Positions 46,789 through 57,253 of a DNA stretch of 64,000 bases are shown in pieces. The position numbers were made by a program, and so were the translations under genes. This DNA is from an uncultured Methanomassiliicoccaceae archaeon. Lineage in GTDB: Archaea > Thermoplasmatota > Thermoplasmata > Methanomassiliicoccales > JACIVX01. The stretch is from positions 4,843 to 68,842 of the forward strand of contig CAZJDY010000020.1 in assembly GCA_964544915.1 (NCBI GenBank). Reading direction: 5' to 3'. The notes below the pieces were generated by a model, which saw nothing but the letters and a program-made list of their open reading frames with translations, was not told the origin of the DNA and did no database searches. The first letter of the stretch is position 1. Each line of letters opens with the position of its first letter.

Positions 46789-47814
46789 TCAGTAACTACC
46801 GTAGTGGAGGTCCATGTCCGGAATCCCGACGCCGTCTCCCTTCGTCACCTTTCCGACAAGTTTTGCGCCTTCGCCCAGCGTCTTGAGGGTCTTGTTGGCG
46901 GACCTTGCGGGGCAGATGACGGCGAACCCCATGCCCATGTTGAAGGTCTGATACATCTCCCTCGGTTCGACGTTCCCGACCTCAGCCAGCAGCTTGAATA
47001 TTGGCCGAGGTCTGATCGGGTCGTCGATCTCGAACATCACCCCTTTCTTCAGCCTGACGAAATTCCTCAGTCCCCCGCCGGTGACGTCCACCATGCCTTT
47101 CACGGTGCAGGTCTTCAACAGCCTAATTATCTTCTTCACGTAGATTTCTGTCGGGGTCAGGAGCTCCTCCCCGATTGTTTGCTTCAGCCCGTTGAATTTG
47201 TCGTCGTAGCCGATATCATTGTGCATCAGCAACTTTCTGGCCAGCGTCAGCCCGTTGGAATGGATTCCCGAGCTCTCAAGGCCGATTATCGCATCCCCGA
47301 CCTCGATATTCGAGCCGTCGATTATCCTGTCCTTCTTCACGTAACCCAGGCAGCTTGCGGAGAGGTCGACCCCACGGACCAGTTCCGGCATGATCGCGAT
47401 CTCCCCACCGACGATATCGATGTTGGACAGCTCGGCGCCTTTCTCTAACCCTATGCCAATCTGCTCGGTGACCCTGTCGTCGGGCCGATCAATTGCAATG
47501 TAATCGACGAGCGCGATCGGCTCGGCCCCGACGCAGATAGTGTCGTTGACGTTCATCGCGATGCAATCGATCCCGACGGTGTCCCACTTGTCGAGGGCTT
47601 CTGCCACAAGGAGCTTGGTGCCAACTCCATCGGTGCAAAGCGTCAGGGCCATCTCCCCGAAATCGATCATCCCGGTGAACTGGCCCATGATCTCCAGCAT
47701 CTTGCCCTTTCCCTTCCTGCGATATTTCAATTGCTCAACGAGGGACTCAATCGCTTTGGATTTGCGGCTTATGTCGACCCCCGCGCGCACATACGTCCAA
47801 CCTTTCCGTCTCAT
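46789..47814 (-). CDS. purM: Phosphoribosylformylglycinamidine cyclo-ligase (AIR synthase) PurM
   Basis: YVRAGVDI, LCTDGVGTKL, GIDCIAMNVNDTICVGAEP and GGEIA motifs. The start was chosen at MRRKGWTY. The ORF extends to 47874. Confidence 0.9.
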   Translation of the reverse strand: MRRKGWTYVRAGVDISRKSKAIESLVEQLKYRRKGKGKMLEIMGQFTGMIDFGEMALTLCTDGVGTKLLVAEALDKWDTVGIDCIAMNVNDTICVGAEPIALVDYIAIDRPDDRVTEQIGIGLEKGAELSNIDIVGGEIAIMPELVRGVDLSASCLGYVKKDRIIDGSNIEVGDAIIGLESSGIHSNGLTLARKLLMHNDIGYDDKFNGLKQTIGEELLTPTEIYVKKIIRLLKTCTVKGMVDVTGGGLRNFVRLKKGVMFEIDDPIRPRPIFKLLAEVGNVEPREMYQTFNMGMGFAVICPARSANKTLKTLGEGAKLVGKVTKGDGVGIPDMDLHYGSY

Positions 47815-47904
47815 CGCCCTTCCCGTACTGGTAATCGGTGGGCGTTTTGAAAAAGCTTTGTCCGGGGCAAACATTTATGCTTTGCGAACAAGGATTGGTG
47901 GACG

Positions 47905-48507
47905 ATGTCGAAACGCTGGCTTGCTGAGCGGAGGAGGGACTACTACTACAAGAAGGCTAAGGAGATGGACTACAGGAGCAGGGCCGCCTTCAAGCTGAAG
48001 CAGATCGATGAGAGATTCCACATTCTGAGACGGGGAGCCAAGGTCGTGGACCTCGGGGCCGCTCCCGGAGGCTGGCTGCAGGTCGCCAAGGAATCAGTTG
48101 GCCCGACGGGTAAGGTCGTCGGCCTGGATCTGCAGTCGATCGAACCCATAGAGGGGGTGTTGACGATTAGGGGGGACATCAGGGAGGAACAAACGGTCCA
48201 AGAGCTCCTTTCTCTCATAGGTGGAAAGGTGGACGTCGTTCTATCCGACATGTCTCCGCGCATCAGCGGCAGCTACTCCGTGGACCATGCAAGATCGGTG
48301 GAGCTCTGCAACCACGGTCTCGTGTTCGCCACTAAGGTGCTGAAGAAAGGAGGGAGCATGGCTATGAAGATCTTCCAGGGGGACCTGATGAAGGAGTACA
48401 TGTCCGAGGTGGGGAAGCACTTCAGCGAGGTCCGATTGCACGGCCCAAAAGCGTCCAGGTCGAGCAGCTCGGAGATATATATAATCGCAAGGGACTTCTC
48501 GGGATAG
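47905..48507 (+). CDS. rlmE: 23S rRNA (uridine-2'-O)-methyltransferase RlmE/FtsJ
   Basis: YRSRAAFKLKQIDERF, VVDLGAAPGGWLQV, VLSDMSP and MKIFQG. Confidence 0.9.
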   Translation: MSKRWLAERRRDYYYKKAKEMDYRSRAAFKLKQIDERFHILRRGAKVVDLGAAPGGWLQVAKESVGPTGKVVGLDLQSIEPIEGVLTIRGDIREEQTVQELLSLIGGKVDVVLSDMSPRISGSYSVDHARSVELCNHGLVFATKVLKKGGSMAMKIFQGDLMKEYMSEVGKHFSEVRLHGPKASRSSSSEIYIIARDFSG

Positions 48508-48613
48508 ATCCTTTGCCGGGTTCCTTGTCGTTTCGTCAGTGAGATTTCTCTGTTTAGTCTCCTTGATATTCTTCACCGACAGTTTTTAGGACACGAGCGT
48601 CGATTCAGAGAGG

Positions 48614-48847
48614 ATGATCACTTATCTGACAGTGACCTTCAGCACCGAGGGTAAGAGGCCGTCCGAAGTGCTAAGCGCACTCCACAACCTAGGCTTCGAG
48701 ACAACGACAGGGAGCTACGATTGCCTGTATCGCTGGCCCCAGAAGGCTACTGTCGAGGATGCGGTCTATCTCGCCGACAAAGTGCACGCCTCCCTGAGGG
48801 GGATGGGAGTGCTTTTCAAGCTCGAGACGGTCAGCGACGAGATTTGA
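48614..48847 (+). CDS. Small hypothetical protein (77 aa)
   Basis: Clean ORF in an otherwise unoccupied gap. No family recognised. Confidence 0.45.
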   Translation: MITYLTVTFSTEGKRPSEVLSALHNLGFETTTGSYDCLYRWPQKATVEDAVYLADKVHASLRGMGVLFKLETVSDEI

Positions 48848-48862
48848 TTACGAATTGTTCTC

Positions 48863-49504
48863 ATGAGGAGAGATCCCGTGCTCTGCAGGAAGATAGTCTG
48901 CGTTGGTCGCAACTACCGCAGCCACGTGGCCGAGATGAAGGCCGACGAGCCGTCAGAGCCGGTGTTGTTCCTGAAACCACCTAGCTCGCTGATTAGGAAC
49001 GGTGGACCGATTCTTTTGCCGAAGGACATCGGGAGGGTCGATCACGAAGCAGAGCTCGCCTTGATCATCGGGAAGGGCGGCAAAGGCATTCGCGTGGAGG
49101 ACGCTCTCGGTCACATCGGTCAACTGGCGGTCTTCAACGATGTGACCGCCAGGGACATGCAATCCACCGCAAAGGCGAAAGGGTTGCCTTGGGCCCTCAG
49201 CAAAGGGATCGATACTTTCTCCCCGATGTCGGACCCGCGTCCATCAGGAGAAGTGGACGATCTGCAGGACCTCGATATCGAGCTCAGGGTGAACGGTGTC
49301 ACAAGGCAGCGAGGCGACACATCGCAGATGATATTCGGCGTTCCTGAGCTCGTCGCATACATCTCACGATGGATGAGGCTCGATGAAGGGGACATAATAG
49401 CAACCGGGACGCCAGAGGGCGTAGGCCCAATTCGGCCGGGAGACATGGTCGAGATCGATATATCAGAGGTCGGCAGGCTCTCAAACCCGGTACGGTCTCT
49501 CTAA
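48863..49504 (+). CDS. Fumarylacetoacetate hydrolase (FAH) family protein
   Basis: CVGRNYRSHVAEM, PVLFLKPPSS, VDHEAELALIIGK and FNDVTARD. Confidence 0.85.
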   Translation: MRRDPVLCRKIVCVGRNYRSHVAEMKADEPSEPVLFLKPPSSLIRNGGPILLPKDIGRVDHEAELALIIGKGGKGIRVEDALGHIGQLAVFNDVTARDMQSTAKAKGLPWALSKGIDTFSPMSDPRPSGEVDDLQDLDIELRVNGVTRQRGDTSQMIFGVPELVAYISRWMRLDEGDIIATGTPEGVGPIRPGDMVEIDISEVGRLSNPVRSL

Positions 49505-52254
49505 TCCCAGAATTTCTTCGTCCTAGCGTAGTTCATCTCCGCGCTCAGTATGTCCCTAAGGAACTCGTCCTCGTTGTCGTAGAATCCCGAGAGGATTCTC
49601 GCCGCCGTGTCCGGTCCGACGCCTCTTCCGGATAGTGCGACGAGAGCTCTCTTGCCGTGCTCCATAACGAGATTCGCGCTCTTGTACATCCTCTGGATCT
49701 CCCTCTTCTCTTCCTCGTTGGGATTGGGTTTCTTGAGCAGCTTCACGATATCTCTGTTGTAAGGATGAAGCACGGCTACCATACGACTGCCGCACCTGGG
49801 ACAGAGCGTCTTCTTCGGTGCGTCCTTCGGCTTCATTCGCCACTGGTTCGTGCAATTGATGCATGTGAGATGGAGGACCTCGTCCTCCAGCCTGTTGCCC
49901 AGTGCGACAAGGATCGAGTGGTCGGCGCGTTGCGGCATGATCAGTTCTCTCGAATGCTCGAGACCCGCCTTGCCGATAGGTGAGAGGGCGCTTACCTCGA
50001 ACTTGATATCACCAGTCTCGATCCTCCTTATGATCTCGATCGTTCTTTCCAGGTCCAGATCCTCCCAGAGCACCTTCCCTATCGCTTCCTCGGAGAGCGG
50101 CGTTCCCTCGAACACCTCGACCAGGCGGTTGAAGTTCACGGTCCGGTAGTCCGCCCCCTTCTCCACCACTCCGAACTTCTTCGCGACGTAGACGAAGCGC
50201 CACCTCAGGAAGCTCGAACTCTTCATCATGAGCCGTACGAGGCTCTCCACGCCGTCAGGTTTTATCGACCTCAGGGTCTGGATTATCAAGGCGGGATTCA
50301 GATCCCTGGGGAGTTCGATCACGATCCTGTATGGGTCCGTGTGGACAAGGACGCTCTCCCCGAGTCTCGCCGTAAGTAGAACGGAGAGCATCCTGGAGAT
50401 CGTCTCGTTGACCCGCGTCCCGAAGCATGCGTTCAATATCGCGAGCTTCTTCCCGACCTCTAGAGTAAGGAGGGAATCGGAAGGCATCGGGAAGCCGTCC
50501 TTCTGCTTTCTAAGGTAGTCTCTCAGCTTCCTGTCCGCGTCATTCTCCCCGGGGTAGTCCTCGATGTCCTCCAGTCTCCTGAGCCGTCCGACCTCCTGCG
50601 CGACCTCGAACGGCACTGGTATCTCTTCGCCGATCCAGGAAGGTATGGACCCGATCTCCTTCACTTGTTCCACGAGAAGTTCGTCCTCTCTGACCTCGAT
50701 TATCCGCCAGGTCCTCCCTCGAGTGATGAACGTCGCGTACGGCTCGGCGAACGAGACGACGAAGCTTTCGTCGAGGGAGCCGACGATGCTCCTGCTGCCA
50801 ATGTCCCTTATCTTGAACGTCTTCTCGTCGGGAATCATCGACACGTTGTCGTAGAAGTACCTCATGCCCTGTGTGGAGCGTCTGAAGTACTCGTTCCCGA
50901 CGAATAGCAGTCCTATATTGCCCAACTGGTCCAGCACAGAATCGAAATCCTCTCTCGAGAGGTTGCGATACGGATAGGATCGTGCGATCGTGCCGTAGGC
51001 CTCCTCTATCGCGACCTGTCCACTCATGGCCATCGACACGAGCTGGTTGGCCAATACAGTGAAGGGGTTCTCCCTTACCGTCAGCTCCTCGAGCTCCCCC
51101 GCCATCGCCCTCCTGCTGATCACCAGGCTCTCTGCGATCTCGTCCGGAGTGCTGGCAATGACAACACCCTTCGACTTCTCTCCCACCTTGTGTCCAGCCC
51201 TCCCCATCCTCTGTATCAGGCGAGTCACCTGTCTCGGGGAATTGTACTGGATTGCAAAATCCGCCGTCCCTATGTCTATGCCGAGTTCAAGGGACGAAGT
51301 GCAAATCAGTCCTTTCAAATTCTCCTTCTTGAACGCCTCCTCCATCTCGACCCTTATCTCCTTCGACAGGGACCCGTGGTGCACGCCTATTCGGAGACTC
51401 TCGTCCCAGACGTGATACCTGGCTGCGAGCGCTTCCGCGGTGTCCCTCGTGTTGACGAACAGCAGGGTCGACCTGTGCGCTTCGATGACGTCCCTCGCCC
51501 TCCTCATGCAAGCCACGAGCTGAGGATCGCACTGAAGGGTGCCTGCTAGATCGCGGTCCGGGTCCATGACCTCAGGGCACTGGACTGTGACCTCCATTTC
51601 CTTGGCCACATCCGTGCGGACGACACGCACGTCCCGGCCCACGCCACCGAGGAAGTTCGCCACCTCCTCCACGGTGCCAACCGTCGCGGACAGGCCTATC
51701 CGCTGGAACTCGCCAGCTATCCGAGCGAGCCGCTCCAATGCGACCGCGAGCTGAGCGCCCCTCTCATCGTTTGCCAGCTCGTGGATCTCATCAACAACGA
51801 CCCATTTTACTCTGGATAGATGCTCCTTGAGCCTCTTCCCTGTGAACATTATCTGCAGCGTCTCGGGCGTCGTGATGAGCACGTCTGGGGCGGTCTTGGA
51901 CTGTCTGTTCCTCTCTGCCTGGGACGTGTCCCCATGCCTCACAGCCACCCCGATACCGAGCGCGTTTCCGAATTCCTCCAGTCTCCTGAGCATGTCCCTG
52001 TTCAGCGCCCTCAGTGGGGTGATGTACAGGCACTTTATGCCTTTCCCCTCCATTCTCAGGAGTCTGTGAAATATCGGGAGCATGGCCGCCTCTGTCTTGC
52101 CAATTCCCGTCGGTGCGACCAGGAGGAGGTGCTCACCTTGGAGTATGCGTGGGATCGCTTCCCTCTGCGGCCCGGTGGGCTCGTTGATGTTCTTCTCGTT
52201 CAGGATCCTCCGGATCCTGTCATCTAGAAGTTCGAATGTCATAGCCAGCTGCAA
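49501..52254 (-). CDS. Lhr-like SF2 helicase, short archaeal form (917 aa) with a C-terminal zinc ribbon
   Basis: Motif I APTGIGKT, motif II VDEIHE, QRMGRAGH, a DEAD-associated region, and CINCTNQW...CPRCGS near the C-terminus. Confidence 0.85.
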   Translation of the reverse strand: MQLAMTFELLDDRIRRILNEKNINEPTGPQREAIPRILQGEHLLLVAPTGIGKTEAAMLPIFHRLLRMEGKGIKCLYITPLRALNRDMLRRLEEFGNALGIGVAVRHGDTSQAERNRQSKTAPDVLITTPETLQIMFTGKRLKEHLSRVKWVVVDEIHELANDERGAQLAVALERLARIAGEFQRIGLSATVGTVEEVANFLGGVGRDVRVVRTDVAKEMEVTVQCPEVMDPDRDLAGTLQCDPQLVACMRRARDVIEAHRSTLLFVNTRDTAEALAARYHVWDESLRIGVHHGSLSKEIRVEMEEAFKKENLKGLICTSSLELGIDIGTADFAIQYNSPRQVTRLIQRMGRAGHKVGEKSKGVVIASTPDEIAESLVISRRAMAGELEELTVRENPFTVLANQLVSMAMSGQVAIEEAYGTIARSYPYRNLSREDFDSVLDQLGNIGLLFVGNEYFRRSTQGMRYFYDNVSMIPDEKTFKIRDIGSRSIVGSLDESFVVSFAEPYATFITRGRTWRIIEVREDELLVEQVKEIGSIPSWIGEEIPVPFEVAQEVGRLRRLEDIEDYPGENDADRKLRDYLRKQKDGFPMPSDSLLTLEVGKKLAILNACFGTRVNETISRMLSVLLTARLGESVLVHTDPYRIVIELPRDLNPALIIQTLRSIKPDGVESLVRLMMKSSSFLRWRFVYVAKKFGVVEKGADYRTVNFNRLVEVFEGTPLSEEAIGKVLWEDLDLERTIEIIRRIETGDIKFEVSALSPIGKAGLEHSRELIMPQRADHSILVALGNRLEDEVLHLTCINCTNQWRMKPKDAPKKTLCPRCGSRMVAVLHPYNRDIVKLLKKPNPNEEEKREIQRMYKSANLVMEHGKRALVALSGRGVGPDTAARILSGFYDNEDEFLRDILSAEMNYARTKKFWD

Positions 52255-52402
52255 ACCGCAACGATTGACTGTGAGTATATCAACGTATCGCGCTAGATGT
52301 TATCGAATCAGATACTTGGTCCGTTGTTCCAGGTTCTCGAAAATAGAAACATTGATGAACAGGATATCGGCATATTGATTCCAATCAGTCTCGGGGAGGA
52401 AC

Positions 52403-53065
52403 ATGGAACCTGTATTGCTGGTGCCAGGTGAGATAGAACTCGCGGTCGTAGCGGTGATGATAGTTTTCGGCCTCGCCCTCGCTTTTGCTGGGCACAGAAT
52501 TTGGAAGGGGCTGATGGGCATCATCGGGGCCTTCCTCGGATTCATCCTGGGCTACACCATAGGAATGGTCTTCAGCGAAGAGCTGGCCGGCTTCTTGCTC
52601 GGCGTCATAGGGGCGGTTTTCCTGGGCGTCGTTTTCTACCGTCTGGTGTCGACCGGGGTCTCCCTCGTCATCGCAGCGGCAGCGTTCATACTGCTCTATG
52701 AGCTCGGTGCAGGTGTCATCATATCTATTCTGGTTGCCGGCGCTATCTTCGTCATAGTGTTCCTCGGGTTCGAGAGGCTCATAGCACTGTTCACGGCTGT
52801 CACCGGAGCCTCGATGGTCGTTTGGGGGTTGGATTTCCTGGATGTCCAGGCGGAATTCATCGTACCGGCGTTCCTCGCGGTCGCCGCTGTCGGGACTGTC
52901 GTCCAGTTCTTCGACATCGAGCGCAAGAAGAAGATGCCGGTCGTGACTCACGCGACGATCATGAAGATTGATGTGGTGAAGCGCTGCCCTACCTGCGGCC
53001 AGGTTCTGACATACATACCTGACTACGATGCGTGGTTCTGCTACAGCTGCGGAAGGTACAGTTAG
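52403..53065 (+). CDS. Polytopic membrane protein with a C-terminal cytoplasmic zinc ribbon
   Basis: About six hydrophobic helices, then RCPTCGQVLTYIPDYDAWFCYSCGRY. Confidence 0.6.
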   Translation: MEPVLLVPGEIELAVVAVMIVFGLALAFAGHRIWKGLMGIIGAFLGFILGYTIGMVFSEELAGFLLGVIGAVFLGVVFYRLVSTGVSLVIAAAAFILLYELGAGVIISILVAGAIFVIVFLGFERLIALFTAVTGASMVVWGLDFLDVQAEFIVPAFLAVAAVGTVVQFFDIERKKKMPVVTHATIMKIDVVKRCPTCGQVLTYIPDYDAWFCYSCGRYS

Positions 53066-53093
53066 TCGGTCGGCATGCCTCAGAAGAAAGGTT

Positions 53094-54263
53094 TCATTTC
53101 TGAACTGGCTCTGTCGCCTCGAGGATCAGCTCAGATATGTCCTTGACCTTGATGCTCGCGCCCAGTTTCTTGGCGCCCTGGTCCAGGTTCAGGACGCAGA
53201 AGGGGCATGAGGAAGCGATCATCTCTGCTCCAGTGTCCAATGCCTCCTTGACCCTCTCTGCCGCTATGTTCACAGCGAAGTCATTGAATGCCGACTTGTA
53301 ACCCCCACCAGCACCGCAGCATCTGGAGCTCATCCTGTTCCGCGGCATCTCGACCAGCTCGACGCCGGGAATTGCTTTAAGGACCTCACGCGGTGGTTCG
53401 AAAACGCCACCGTGTCTGCCGAGGTGGCATGGGTCATGATAGGTTATCTTCGCTTTGATCTCCTTCGTGAACTTCAGCCTCTTCTCCTTGATGAGTTTCT
53501 GCACGTACTGCGAGAAGTGGTAGACCTCGAATGTCGGATTGGAGTAGAATCTTCCGTAGTCCTTCATGGAGGTCTTGTAACAACCGGCGCAGGTCGTCAC
53601 TATCGCCTTGGCGCCCCTCCTCTCCGTCTCCGTCTCTATGTGCTCGGCGAAGTCATATGTCAGGTCGGTCATCCCGGTTCTCAGTGCGGGCGAGGTGCAG
53701 CACCATTCGTCCTCTCCGAGAACATCCAGCTTCACATCCGCTCTGTGGAGGACGGTGACGCCTGCCTTTGCGATATTCTGGACACGGTACGAGGCTGTGC
53801 AGCCGGCGAAGAATATGACGTCCGGATTCGCTGCCCTGGGAACGTCGGGTGGGAACCACGCGGCTCGCTTTTCAGTCGGCTCTCCGTAGGGGTTCCTGAC
53901 GCTTTTGATGCGATCGTGCAGTTTCGTGTGGGGCGGCAATGGGCCCGCTCCCTGTTCGACGAGCCATACCCGCACCTTCTCCCAGAACTCCGCAAACTCG
54001 ATGTTCGCGTGACAGACGGTCCAGCAGGATGCGCAACCAGTGCACATGTAGACGGCCTTGACGAACTCCTCGTTCACCTCAACCTTGCGCCCGAGTAGTC
54101 TGTCGACCGGGGACTTCTTCATCAGCTGGTTCAGATAGAAAATCTTGCCCCTAGGCGTGACGGACTCCCACGGCGTCTGCGCCCAGGTGTCGCAGACCTG
54201 AATGCAGTAGCCGCATTGCAGGCAGGCAAGCAAGTCCCTTTTGATCTCAGGCATCTTGACCAT
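53094..54263 (-). CDS. (Fe-S)-binding oxidoreductase, HdrD/GlcF/GlpC-like (two 4Fe-4S motifs plus two CCG domains)
   Basis: CLQCGYCIQVC and CTGCASCWTVC, with CCG-type motifs (GCTASY, CCTSP, DPCHLGR, CCGAGGG). ATG at 54263 is preceded by GAGGTG. The longer 481-aa ORF would overlap the next gene. Confidence 0.8.
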   Translation of the reverse strand: MVKMPEIKRDLLACLQCGYCIQVCDTWAQTPWESVTPRGKIFYLNQLMKKSPVDRLLGRKVEVNEEFVKAVYMCTGCASCWTVCHANIEFAEFWEKVRVWLVEQGAGPLPPHTKLHDRIKSVRNPYGEPTEKRAAWFPPDVPRAANPDVIFFAGCTASYRVQNIAKAGVTVLHRADVKLDVLGEDEWCCTSPALRTGMTDLTYDFAEHIETETERRGAKAIVTTCAGCYKTSMKDYGRFYSNPTFEVYHFSQYVQKLIKEKRLKFTKEIKAKITYHDPCHLGRHGGVFEPPREVLKAIPGVELVEMPRNRMSSRCCGAGGGYKSAFNDFAVNIAAERVKEALDTGAEMIASSCPFCVLNLDQGAKKLGASIKVKDISELILEATEPVQK

Positions 54264-54442
54264 CTGTGCACCTCTTCGATCGTGGCTCGAGCCAGCGGAC
54301 CCTTGCCCCTCATGGAGGGTCAGGTCGGGGTAAAGGATGGAAATCAGATATTTATGTTTTGGTATGCCAACTTGCCAGTTGCACTCGGTATTGATTGTCA
54401 GTAGACTGAGAATCGTGTCGCGGGAGAGAGTGACGGGTCGAC

Positions 54443-54949
54443 TCAGCCATCGAGTATCGGTGAATATCCGTACCAGGAACCTTCCGTTCTGAGCATGTGC
54501 AGATTCTGCTCCAGTGTCTGCTTGTGATCGCCTTCCCATTTGGCGAGCTCTTCCAGGACGGTCTTCGCCCTATCGTCCGAGACCAAGCCAACCGCCTCAC
54601 TGTACATTCTTATGGAGTTCTCTTCCACCGTGATCCCGATCTCGACGGCTTCGATCTCTCCCTCAAGCGTCGAGCATCTCTCGCCAATCTCCGCCGGGAA
54701 CACCCGTTCGGGAATGAGCTCGAGGTACTTCTTGGTCGGTTTGACGGACGAGATGTCGACGGATGGCGAGATCCTGAGCATCTCCTTTTCTAGAATCTTT
54801 CGGTGCTCTCCCTCGTCCTTTGCGAGCCCCCTCAGCAACGCGGCGCCTTTCTTGTCCTTCACATGTTCGCTCATGCTCATATACAGGTCATGACCGAACT
54901 TCTCGACCTCGACCGCCGCCGCAAGAATCGAAAGCTGATCTCCTTCCAT
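54443..54949 (-). CDS. Ferritin-like di-iron protein (rubrerythrin-domain)
   Basis: Two E...E..H half-sites: EVEKFGHDLY...KDEGEHRKIL and VEENSIRMY...KWEGDHKQTL. Confidence 0.75.
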   Translation of the reverse strand: MEGDQLSILAAAVEVEKFGHDLYMSMSEHVKDKKGAALLRGLAKDEGEHRKILEKEMLRISPSVDISSVKPTKKYLELIPERVFPAEIGERCSTLEGEIEAVEIGITVEENSIRMYSEAVGLVSDDRAKTVLEELAKWEGDHKQTLEQNLHMLRTEGSWYGYSPILDG

Positions 54950-55234
54950 GTTTGGTCCATCAGTGAGCAGGAGGTTCTTATTTGTTGTTGAAGAATGCGA
55001 AATGCTCTACTGAGCATGACGAAATTCTTAAGGCTCCCTAACAGGTTTAACGGTACGAGAGCCGCGTGCCTCGTCGGATAGCAGCACATATCGTCTGAGG
55101 GGGAACTGGCGGTATTCGATTTGACATCCCGAACTGCGGAATTCTACCAGATCTCCTCTCTCGGAACACACATGGCTGTCGATGAGACTGTCCTGTGGGG
55201 CACGGACAATGAATGAAATGGAGGAAATGAGCAA

Positions 55235-57115
55235 ATGTACGGATACTGGGGAAAGATTCTGAAAGTGGACCTGACAACCGGGAAGACATCCACTCAGGAG
55301 TTTGATGAGGAGTTTGCCCGAAAATGGTTAGGAGGAGTCGGCTTCGGCGTGAAGATTTGTTACGACGAGATACCTGCCGGCGCAGATCCATTAGGCCCCG
55401 ACAACGTCTTTGTTCTCTCAGTAGGACCTATCCAGGGTTACACTGGAATACTGGGTTCGGGACGGTTTGCGATTGGGTTCAAGTCCCCGCTGACCGGTTT
55501 CTGGGGCCAGTCGACCGGTGGAGGCTATGCTGCTGAGGAATTGAAGCGCACAGGATATGATGCGATTGTCGTGAAGGGTGCGTCGAAGAAGCCTGTCTAC
55601 CTCAAGGTCATGAATGGCAAGGTCGAGCTGAAGGACGCGTCCGGTCTGTGGGGAAAGGATATCCATGAAACGCAGGAAGCTCTTTGGAAGGAAGTGGGGG
55701 ACAAAACCGCCGTCGTCATGCCAATCGGGCCAGGTGCTGAGAACATGGTCAGGTACGCAGCTTTGACAATAATCGACGGTCACGGAAACGCCGGTCGTAT
55801 GGGCGGTGGCGCAGTGATGGGGTCGAAGAAGCTGAAGGCGATCGTGCTTAAAGGTGACAGACACACAGCGATCAAGGACCCCGATAAGCTGAAGGCCCTG
55901 AAGAAGGAAGTTGCTGGGATTGTGAAGGACAATGCCTTCGCGAAGGCGAATCGCGAGGAAGGACAGGCAATGGCCATCATTCCGCGGGAGCAGCTGAGCC
56001 TGCTACCGATGAAGAACTTCTCTCTCGGTTCCTGGCCTGAGGGCGCGAAGAAGATCGGATCAGCTGGCGGTGACTTCAACCCGGTTCTGAAGCCGAAACC
56101 CGATGCATGCTCGAGCTGCGTCATGGGGTGCCACAGGCGCGTAATCGTGAAAGAGGGCAAGAAGTGCGACATGGACGGGTATGGTCCAGAGTACGAGACG
56201 CTCGGCATGATGGGCAGCAACTGCCTTGTTGATGACCTAAAGGCGATCAACTACGCCAACCACCTGTGCAACATGTGGAGCATCGACACAATCGACTTCG
56301 GTGGAGTCGTCGGATTTGCCATGGAAGCCTACGAGAAGGGATTCATAAAGAAGAAGGACCTCGGATTCGAGCTGAAGTGGGGGGATGGCGTCGCGATGTG
56401 CAAGCTGCTGAAGCTCATCACGTTTAGGACGAACGAGATGGGTCGTCTGCTCGGTGAGGGTCTGAGAGTCGCGGGTGAGAAGCTCGGATGCCCGCAGCTC
56501 GCTGTACACGTAAACAACGCCGTTATACCAGCTCACGACCCCCGCGCATTCTTCTCGATGGCGGTCAACTATGCGACCGGACCTCGTGGACCGTGCCACG
56601 TGACCGGGTTCCCTGAGGGCTCGGAGCTCGGAATACCAGTGCCTGAGTACGGGCTGCCTGGAATGGACAGGTTCGACGACAAGCTGAAGGGCAAGGCCGC
56701 ATTGGCGTGGCAAGACATCTGCCAGTTCGACAACGCGCTGAGCTACTGCCTGTTCTACGATTTCGCCGGGTATACGCACAAAATGAAATCAGACATGATC
56801 AATGCGATCACTGGTTGGAACACCGACACGAAGGAGCTGTTCATACAGGTCGGTGGAAGAATCAACCAGCTGTGCAGGATATTCAACCTGAAGCATGGCC
56901 TGATGCCGAAGAAGAACGATGTGCTCCCGCCGAGGATGTTCGAACCACTCAAGGAGGGCGGTGCCGCAGGAAAGGTGCCCCCCATCGACAAGATGCTCAA
57001 GGAATACTACCAAGAGAGGGGCTGGCCGAACGGAATACCCACTGCTGACACGTTGAAGAAGTTCGGATTGGACTTTGCCGTTGCTGACCTGAAGAAGATC
57101 CCTGCTGCGAAGTGA
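55235..57115 (+). CDS. aor: Aldehyde:ferredoxin oxidoreductase (tungstopterin AOR family)
   Basis: N-terminus MYGYWGKILKVDLTTGK, GGVGFG, the DGHGNAGRMGGGAVMGSKKLKAIV region, and the CSSCVMGC cluster motif. Length is 626 aa. Confidence 0.9.
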   Translation: MYGYWGKILKVDLTTGKTSTQEFDEEFARKWLGGVGFGVKICYDEIPAGADPLGPDNVFVLSVGPIQGYTGILGSGRFAIGFKSPLTGFWGQSTGGGYAAEELKRTGYDAIVVKGASKKPVYLKVMNGKVELKDASGLWGKDIHETQEALWKEVGDKTAVVMPIGPGAENMVRYAALTIIDGHGNAGRMGGGAVMGSKKLKAIVLKGDRHTAIKDPDKLKALKKEVAGIVKDNAFAKANREEGQAMAIIPREQLSLLPMKNFSLGSWPEGAKKIGSAGGDFNPVLKPKPDACSSCVMGCHRRVIVKEGKKCDMDGYGPEYETLGMMGSNCLVDDLKAINYANHLCNMWSIDTIDFGGVVGFAMEAYEKGFIKKKDLGFELKWGDGVAMCKLLKLITFRTNEMGRLLGEGLRVAGEKLGCPQLAVHVNNAVIPAHDPRAFFSMAVNYATGPRGPCHVTGFPEGSELGIPVPEYGLPGMDRFDDKLKGKAALAWQDICQFDNALSYCLFYDFAGYTHKMKSDMINAITGWNTDTKELFIQVGGRINQLCRIFNLKHGLMPKKNDVLPPRMFEPLKEGGAAGKVPPIDKMLKEYYQERGWPNGIPTADTLKKFGLDFAVADLKKIPAAK

Positions 57116-57149
57116 GCGACTTGATCCGAAATTAAAACCATTCAAACCC

Positions 57150-57169
57150 TTTTCCTTTGTTTGTTTTTA
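57150..57169 (+). terminator. Oligo-T tract downstream of aor
   Basis: TTTTCCTTTGTTTGTTTTTA lies about 35 nt after the stop. Confidence 0.4.
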
Positions 57170-57253
57170 CAGTGATGACTGTTCAGGGCATGGTAGGCGA
57201 CATGAATTCCGTATAAGGATACCATTCAGCCCGCGGACAAGGAGGCGCGGAGG

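Noticed and set aside
54264-54539. N-terminal extension of the 481-aa ORF 53094-54539(-).
   Set aside because: The extension would overlap the 3' end of the rubrerythrin-like gene. The Fe-S protein homology starts at MVKMPEIK (54263), which has a GAGGTG ribosome-binding site.
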